NCBI GenBank assembly: GCA_016700035.1
Contig: CP064998.1
Location: forward strand, 590,790 to 654,789
Reading direction: 5' to 3'
From: a bacterium
GTDB taxonomy: Bacteria; Patescibacteriota; Saccharimonadia; CAILAD01; GCA-016700035
DNA: 64,000 nucleotides
The first letter of the stretch is position 1; every line of letters starts with the position of its first letter. A program made the translations under genes and the position numbers. Below, piece after piece: positions 58,403 through 64,000 of the stretch. The notes beneath the pieces were generated by a model, which saw only the letters and a program-made list of their open reading frames with translations, was not told the DNA's origin and did not search any database.

Positions 58403-59299
58403 CTACTCCAGCCAGCACCAGATAATGAAGCACTTTGCCGTAACGGAGGTTTTGCTAATCTGTGAGCCATTTCCAGCTTTATCAAATCCCTGAATCTCAT
58501 AGTTATACTTGGTATTGATATTAATACTAGGGTCTACAAACTTGGCAGTCGAGCTAGATTGCATAATCTGACCATTGCGCTTTATTTGATAGCGTGCTAC
58601 CTGCCCCTTATCTTCAGCATCTACACTGGGCGCCCATTTGAGCTCTAGATTATATCGCAGTCTTGCTGGATCCAGCACTAGTGAGCGACTTATTTTTGTT
58701 GGTGCAGTTGGTGGATTCTTGTCTACAGCTGGACCTGGAGGTGGAGTAGTTGGCACAGGCGTGCTTGGAACAGGTGTTGATGTAGTTGGCACAACAGTAG
58801 CCACTGCTAAGCAATTATCGCCTGGCTCCTGGACTGGATTAGTGTTGGTTATTCTCTTATTAGATGGAACACAGCTTGCATTACTTACGGGCACCAGAAT
58901 AACTCGATCAACTTTTACGTTTGCCGCTAAGCCTACTAGCCTAATTGTATTTCCAGATTGCGTGGCATTAACTCGGCCGGCATTATTCCACTCCCATGCT
59001 GTGAAGTTCGTGCTGGTAGCCACCAGACAATTTGGCGATCCGCCCGACGGCGTGACCTCAACACCAACACCATTGTGCATCGGATCAGAACTCTGCATTC
59101 TTACCCAAACAACATACTCCCCCGAGCTGGGTGTCGTCACGCCAGTCCGAGTAACACTCCCGAAACCAGCTGCTGGCTGGCAGGGTGCCGCTAGACCTAT
59201 ACCTGATGTAATAAGCAAGCCGACTGCAACCACAGCTATCGCTACAATTGGTCCAAGCAGCCAATATCTGAGTTTTTTAACTATCCTTTTCGAATGCAC
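58403..59299 (-). CDS. Anchored secreted protein with a PT-rich linker and a C-terminal fibronectin type III-like domain
   Basis: N-terminal TM, TTSTPVPSTPVPTTPPP linker, FN3-like YQIKRNG...YNYEIQGFDKAGNGS. Confidence 0.5.
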   Translation of the reverse strand: MHSKRIVKKLRYWLLGPIVAIAVVAVGLLITSGIGLAAPCQPAAGFGSVTRTGVTTPSSGEYVVWVRMQSSDPMHNGVGVEVTPSGGSPNCLVATSTNFTAWEWNNAGRVNATQSGNTIRLVGLAANVKVDRVILVPVSNASCVPSNKRITNTNPVQEPGDNCLAVATVVPTTSTPVPSTPVPTTPPPGPAVDKNPPTAPTKISRSLVLDPARLRYNLELKWAPSVDAEDKGQVARYQIKRNGQIMQSSSTAKFVDPSININTKYNYEIQGFDKAGNGSQISKTSVTAKCFIIWCWLE

Positions 59300-59451
59300 A
59301 ATTCTATTTTCCTTATTTATTTAAGAATCTTATGCTAAATAATAATGAATCACACTACACTAAGCAATACCTCTGCACACTAAAACAAATAGACCATCAA
59401 TGACGCAGTTCCAATTCCCAACTTGCACAAAACTAGGACTATAATAACGAT

Positions 59452-60153
59452 ATGGGTCCGATAGAACTATTAATTTTTGCGCTCATCAGCTTATTGCTAT
59501 ACGGTGCCATAGTCTCATTTAGCCCCACTCTCTTTCTAACAGAACTGGCCATACTAACTCGCTCTAAACGCCCCCTAATCCATACTATTGCTTTCATGAC
59601 TGGGATTAGTATTCCGATAATCCTATATATCACACTTGCCGTAGTTATCACAGATGCTGGAAATAATTTTACAATACCAAACACCAGAGAAGTTATTGGT
59701 AGTCTACCAATAGTCTCCATCATAGCCGGTATACTTTTATTTAGCTCAGGACTACGCCTAAAGACTGATCGCGGGGTAGAAAATGAGTCAGAGGAGGTTA
59801 CAAAAGAATCGCCCGAAAGACTATTCCGCACTAAAACATTGTTCTGGTTTGGATTAATTAAAATGGGCACAAGCCTCAGCAGTATTGCAGCAATTCTACT
59901 AGGTGTGAGCTTTATTAAGTCATTTGTTACACGCGGTGTCTTTCAAGCCGTAGCATTGATATGGTTTGTTGTTATCTCATTATTACCCTTTTTAAGCATT
60001 GCCGGTCTTAAACGTTACGCCCCCAAAATATTCGCTCGCTTGCAAAGATCTTCCGACAGAATAACTGACTTCAATTGGCTTAAAGTATTGCGCTGGGTAC
60101 TACTAGCTAGCGGTATATATCTCATAACTTATGGTGCTCTCGGGATTAATTAA
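59452..60153 (+). CDS. Hypothetical polytopic membrane protein
   Basis: At least 6 hydrophobic segments. Preferred over the antisense ORF 59439..59870. Confidence 0.45.
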   Translation: MGPIELLIFALISLLLYGAIVSFSPTLFLTELAILTRSKRPLIHTIAFMTGISIPIILYITLAVVITDAGNNFTIPNTREVIGSLPIVSIIAGILLFSSGLRLKTDRGVENESEEVTKESPERLFRTKTLFWFGLIKMGTSLSSIAAILLGVSFIKSFVTRGVFQAVALIWFVVISLLPFLSIAGLKRYAPKIFARLQRSSDRITDFNWLKVLRWVLLASGIYLITYGALGIN

Positions 60154-60448
60154 AAATAAAGTTTTAACATTATCGTGATTACAGTACTAAAAAGTAAATA
60201 ATTTTGTAATATTTTTACTTTGATTGCAGTAGCTAAAGAAAGCTCGAACCTTGCTTAAGGATTATTAAATCCCGCCCTGTGACTATGCTCCCTGGTGCAT
60301 CATCTCAATGCTCCATTTAACTAGAACTACGATACGACTATAAAACCTCAGTAGACATAGAATCACCTGATGTAACAGATGCAAAGACTCAAGATCCAAT
60401 AAATAAGATAGCCCGTATCTAAAACTAATATAATGACACTGCTCTTTC

Positions 60449-62135
60449 TTGGTGAAATCCTGTATTATAAGTATTAAAGTTATGAATCACGAGCTTACGA
60501 TAAAATCCCTGATAGATGGTGAGGTGGATTCTTCTGCCGAAACAAAAAAAATCTATAGCCATGACGCTAGTATGTTCGAGCTGGTTCCGGATCTAGTTGT
60601 CTTTCCTAAAAATAGCCACGATGTTCAAAAATTAGTCAGCTACGTACGTGAACAGAAAAAAGCTGATCCAAAATTATCTCTGACTGCCCGCAGCGGTGGT
60701 ACGTGTATGTCCGGTGGCTCGATAAATCAGTCTATAATTTTAGACATGAATCGACACCTAAATAAAATTGGTGCGGTTAGCTCGACTACCGCAAATGCTC
60801 AACCGGGTGTATTTTATCGAGATTTTGAAAAAGCTACATTGAAAAAAAGGTTCACTAATGCCTAGCTATCCAGCTTCACGCGATCTCTGCACCATTGGTG
60901 GAATGGTCGCCAACAACGCTGGTGGTGAGCAAAGTTTGCAATATGGTAAAACTGAGAACTTTATCAAATCATTAAAAGTCGTATTCGCCGATGGCAAAGA
61001 ATACACTGTTAAGGCGCTAAATAAAGCTGAACTTAAGAAAAAAATGGCACAAAAAGATTTTGAAGGGCGCTTATATAAAGAAGTATTTGAGTTAGTCGAT
61101 AAAAACTATGATGCGATCAAAGCCGCCAAACCACATGTTTCAAAAGATTCCACCGGCTACCATATCTGGGATGTGTGGGATCGTGAGACTGGCATATTTG
61201 ATATGACGCGACTAATTGTCGGTTCGCAAGGCACGCTTGGAATCGTCACCGATATCACTTTCAAGTTAGTGAAAGCATCAAAGCATTCAGGAACGCTGGT
61301 GGTGTTTTTGCGTAGTATTCGCGATCTGGGTGAGATTATCAATACTGTTATGCAATATAAGCCGGCGACGTTTGAGGGCTTTGATAACTATACACTAATG
61401 TTGAGCTTTCGTTTATTTGCAAACTTTCATAAGCGGATTGGATGGTGGAAAACAATTCTTCTTGGTATTCGCTTAATCCCCGATGCCTTCATACTTTTAC
61501 GCGGCATTCCAAAGATGGTTTTGCTGATTGAATTTCAGGCCGATACTGAAGAAGAGGTCGCCAATAAAGTCCATGAGATGCGACAAGGACTATCGGCCTA
61601 CAATCATCAGGCAATGTTTGAAGAGAATGAAACTGAGACTAAGAGTGCAAAGTTTTGGATTATGCGTCGTGAGAGCTTTAACCTACTAAGACAAAAGATT
61701 AAAGATAAACACACCGCACCTTTTATGGATGATCTGGTTGTACCACCGGCTGTGGTACCAAAGTTTTTACCTGAGATTCGCCGCGTCATATCCAAATATA
61801 AGCTTCTCGCCACTATCGCTGGGCACATGGGTGATGGCAATTTCCACATTATTCCATTGATGAATATCGAAAAAGCCAGTGAAAAAGCTAAGCTCGAACC
61901 AGCCATGAAAGAAATTAATGCGATAGTACTAAAATACGGTGGCTCCTTGTCGGGCGAGCACAATGATGGCATGATCCGTGGTCCCTGGCTTAAAGCGATG
62001 TATGGAGGAGAGGTCTTAGATTATTTCAAGGCGATTAAAAAAATCTTTGATCCCGAAAATATCTTTAATCCTCACAAAAAAACTGACGCCAAATGGGAGT
62101 TCTCGATGGCTCATCTGCGCGAAAACTTTAATTAA
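60449..62135 (+). pseudogene. Second FAD-linked oxidase paralog, frameshifted near 60850-60865 into 60449..60865 and 60858..62135
   Basis: Both pieces align colinearly with the 13110..14816 protein (..KRF | MPSYPAS.. versus ..KRFMPPYPAS..). Needs a 1-nt correction. Confidence 0.6.
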
Positions 62136-62205
62136 ACCCAAGAAAACACAGTATCAATATGCTGGCATTAGCTCACTGATTTAACTAGATATAAACGCCT
62201 GAAGC

Positions 62206-62802
62206 TTATGCTAGTATGCTGTATTTTTTGACGAGCGGGAGAGACTGCCACCATTTTCCAAGTCCATAAACCTGCTCTTTGTTACTCGCCAGTATACCCA
62301 ATAGCGCAATAGAGTAAACGATGTGCTCATCAAGTAGCGGATTATTCTTTGGTGGCAGCATCGCCGACCACATCATCAGCATCATTAGTACACCCGACAA
62401 AGTAGCTATTCTTATGCCAATTCCAAGAATCAAACAGATACCTATTGACCCGAGCCCTGCCATAAATAGAAAGTCTACGAAACCATTACCTGCTAAACCA
62501 CTATAAAAATCCTGCAATGGTCCATATGTGCCAAATTTCAAAAAGCCACTGGTTGGCGATCCGCCATTAATCGCTGCCTTATCGCACATCACTTCAATCG
62601 TTTCAACCTTAGTTTTTGGATCTGTATCTCGACAAGTCGTATAGCCGAGACCGTATAATTTATCTACAAAAGCCCATACAAAAATCAAGCCCAATACGAT
62701 TCGTAATAATGCCCAATATTTAGCGCTCTTGCTTGCTGTTGTCTTTGCTGTCATAGCTTTCTCCATATAATCCTTATGTTTGAGTATAGACTTAGCCTGC
62801 AC
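62206..62802 (-). CDS. DoxX-family membrane protein
   Basis: RIVLGLIFVWAFVDKL and overall 4-TM DoxX pattern. Confidence 0.55.
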   Translation of the reverse strand: MQAKSILKHKDYMEKAMTAKTTASKSAKYWALLRIVLGLIFVWAFVDKLYGLGYTTCRDTDPKTKVETIEVMCDKAAINGGSPTSGFLKFGTYGPLQDFYSGLAGNGFVDFLFMAGLGSIGICLILGIGIRIATLSGVLMMLMMWSAMLPPKNNPLLDEHIVYSIALLGILASNKEQVYGLGKWWQSLPLVKKYSILA

Positions 62803-63288
62803 TCATCGCAATAGCTACTTCATATCTACAAAGTAAAGGCTACTACACTTCATTATAGAATGCTCATTATTATTATTCTGCAACTTCCCTATAAGGGGAT
62901 CACATGTCACACATTATTGTCTTGTGTCGATCGCATTAGCTTAGATGCCACGCGACACATCATAGATCATCGGTCTTTTTCCTTGTCTTTAGAGTGCTTG
63001 ATCACAACACGCTTCAACCACACGCTTGGCGAGCAACCTGGGGTGATAGGTAACCATGATCACGTTCAGACTAGCAAAATCTGTCAATTCTATCTGTAAA
63101 ATAATAAAATAAAGCAATTTATCGGCACAAAGGCATATTTGTCAGGAGTCTATGGCTCAAAGGCTCAAACCTATTTTTTCAGAATAAAACCATAATTGCC
63201 AAAAGCGATAAAACAATAAATATGGCTAGCCAAAAATACCTTTTTGCCTCTTCCAAAAAGATGATAATTCCGAACTAATCTCATTATA

Positions 63289-63364
63289 TGGCTGGGATGA
63301 TAGGACTCGAACCTATGATCTCCTGTGCCAGAAACAGGCGCCTTACCAACTTGGCCACATCCCA
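63289..63364 (-). tRNA. tRNA-Gln (anticodon CTG), CCA encoded
   Basis: Reverse complement: TGGGATG..CCTGT-TTCTGGC-ACAGG..ATAGG-TTCGAGT-CCTAT-CATCCCA-G-CCA. Confidence 0.8.
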
Positions 63365-63526
63365 ATAGTCTCTCTAATTCTCAAGCAAACTAGCTCATAC
63401 ATCACTAGCTTATCAGATAAAAGATACGGGCAAAGTATATCTGATTTAGTAAATAATTTCTAGTCCCCTAAAACATAAAAACCGGTGCACACCCCACATA
63501 GGACGTACACCGGTATTGCAAAACCT

Positions 63527-64000
63527 CTAACTGCAGCCGCTAGTTGTGCCGCACGTAGTGCAAGCAAAACAACTGCCAGAGCGAATCATCTGTGTGCCGC
63601 AAGCGCCACACATCGGCGCATTTGGATCGCTCTTTCCTATCGGCTCAGGCTCAACGGGGCTAGTGGTTGACTGGTCTACCACCAACCGCTCAGCTCGCTC
63701 GCTCACCGAGAAGATATGCAGGCGCTCAAGAACATCAGCCGACAGAAAATCCAACGCCAACCGCCGGAAGATGTAGTCGAGCAAGCTGTTGGCAATCCGA
63801 ATATCCGGATCGTCAGTCATGCCACGAGGCTCAAATTGCGTGCCGACGTACTTACGCACGTACGACTCCAGCGGTACGCCAGCTTGCAAGCCAAGCGATA
63901 TGGCGATGCCGAAGTTATCCATGAAGCCCGAGAGGGTCGATCCCTGCTTGGTAATATGGAAGAAGATCTCTGCCGGCTGGCCGTTGTCAAACAAGCCAAC
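63527..64000 (-). CDS. nrdJ: Ribonucleotide reductase, B12-dependent class II (NrdJ-like), C-terminal portion. Truncated by the window edge; GC-rich.
   Basis: FEPRGMTDDPDIRIANSLLDYIFRRL and a terminal Cys-rich zinc-ribbon (CGACGTQM...CFACTTCG). GC about 57%. Confidence 0.6.
   Translation of the reverse strand, partial: VGLFDNGQPAEIFFHITKQGSTLSGFMDNFGIAISLGLQAGVPLESYVRKYVGTQFEPRGMTDDPDIRIANSLLDYIFRRLALDFLSADVLERLHIFSVSERAERLVVDQSTTSPVEPEPIGKSDPNAPMCGACGTQMIRSGSCFACTTCGTTSGCS

Noticed and set aside
58638-59324. 228-aa ORF antisense to the 58403..59299 gene
   Set aside because: S/T/G/V-rich low-complexity translation typical of the antisense strand of a PT-rich gene. The sense gene has a signal anchor and an FN3-like domain.
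59439-59870. 143-aa ORF antisense to the membrane protein 59452..60153
   Set aside because: The plus-strand ORF encodes a coherent multi-TM protein. The minus ORF lacks features.
63171-63365. ORF 63171..63365 (-)
   Set aside because: Overlaps tRNA-Gln(CTG).

Overview
This 64 kb window is AT-moderate (roughly 43-45% GC by eye) and densely coding. By inference it comes from a small-genome bacterium; the split transketolase, many N-terminally membrane-anchored secreted proteins and short genes fit a CPR/Saccharibacteria-like organism, but this is not proven.

What is here:
- I call about 75 CDS.
- Six tRNAs: Gly-GCC, Val-TAC, Leu-TAA, Leu-GAG, Leu-CAG and Gln-CTG, plus a degenerate half-tRNA-Leu fragment.
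- Nucleotide excision repair genes uvrC, uvrA and uvrB, dispersed among hypothetical genes.
- A heavy-metal P-type ATPase followed by uppP, and a bacterial type IB topoisomerase.
- A pentose-phosphate/glycolysis cluster: gap, rpiB, rpe, transketolase split into N and C halves, and two PfkB-family kinases.
- An oxidative-folding cluster: DsbA-like protein, VKOR-family protein, thioredoxin-like protein, trxB and a glutaredoxin-like protein, with a pilin-like gene alongside.
- rpmG, xth, proS, dus, secG, and an nrdJ C-terminal fragment at the window edge.

The standout locus is 32.5-38.6 kb, a tandemly duplicated cassette. Each unit pairs a Lys-rich, N-terminally anchored secreted protein (two of three carry a peptidoglycan-binding domain) with an Lnt-like membrane CN-hydrolase. 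The small genes have conserved TTGACA-N17/18-TAAATT promoters, near-identical 360 bp repeats at their 3' ends, and a (GCTTAT)n microsatellite in the leader of one copy.

Other points of interest:
- GC-rich (about 60%) islands, including a zinc-metalloprotease lipoprotein wedged between topIB and tRNA-Val. These suggest gene acquisition from a high-GC (actinobacterial-like) donor.
- Three acidic, low-complexity proteins translationally coupled downstream of uvrB.
- A roughly 330 nt structured noncoding region with a terminator.
- Several in-frame stop or frameshift lesions.
- Degenerate catalytic motifs in an HD-GYP-like protein, in the P-type ATPase (DKTKT) and in a PfkB paralog (GAGY).
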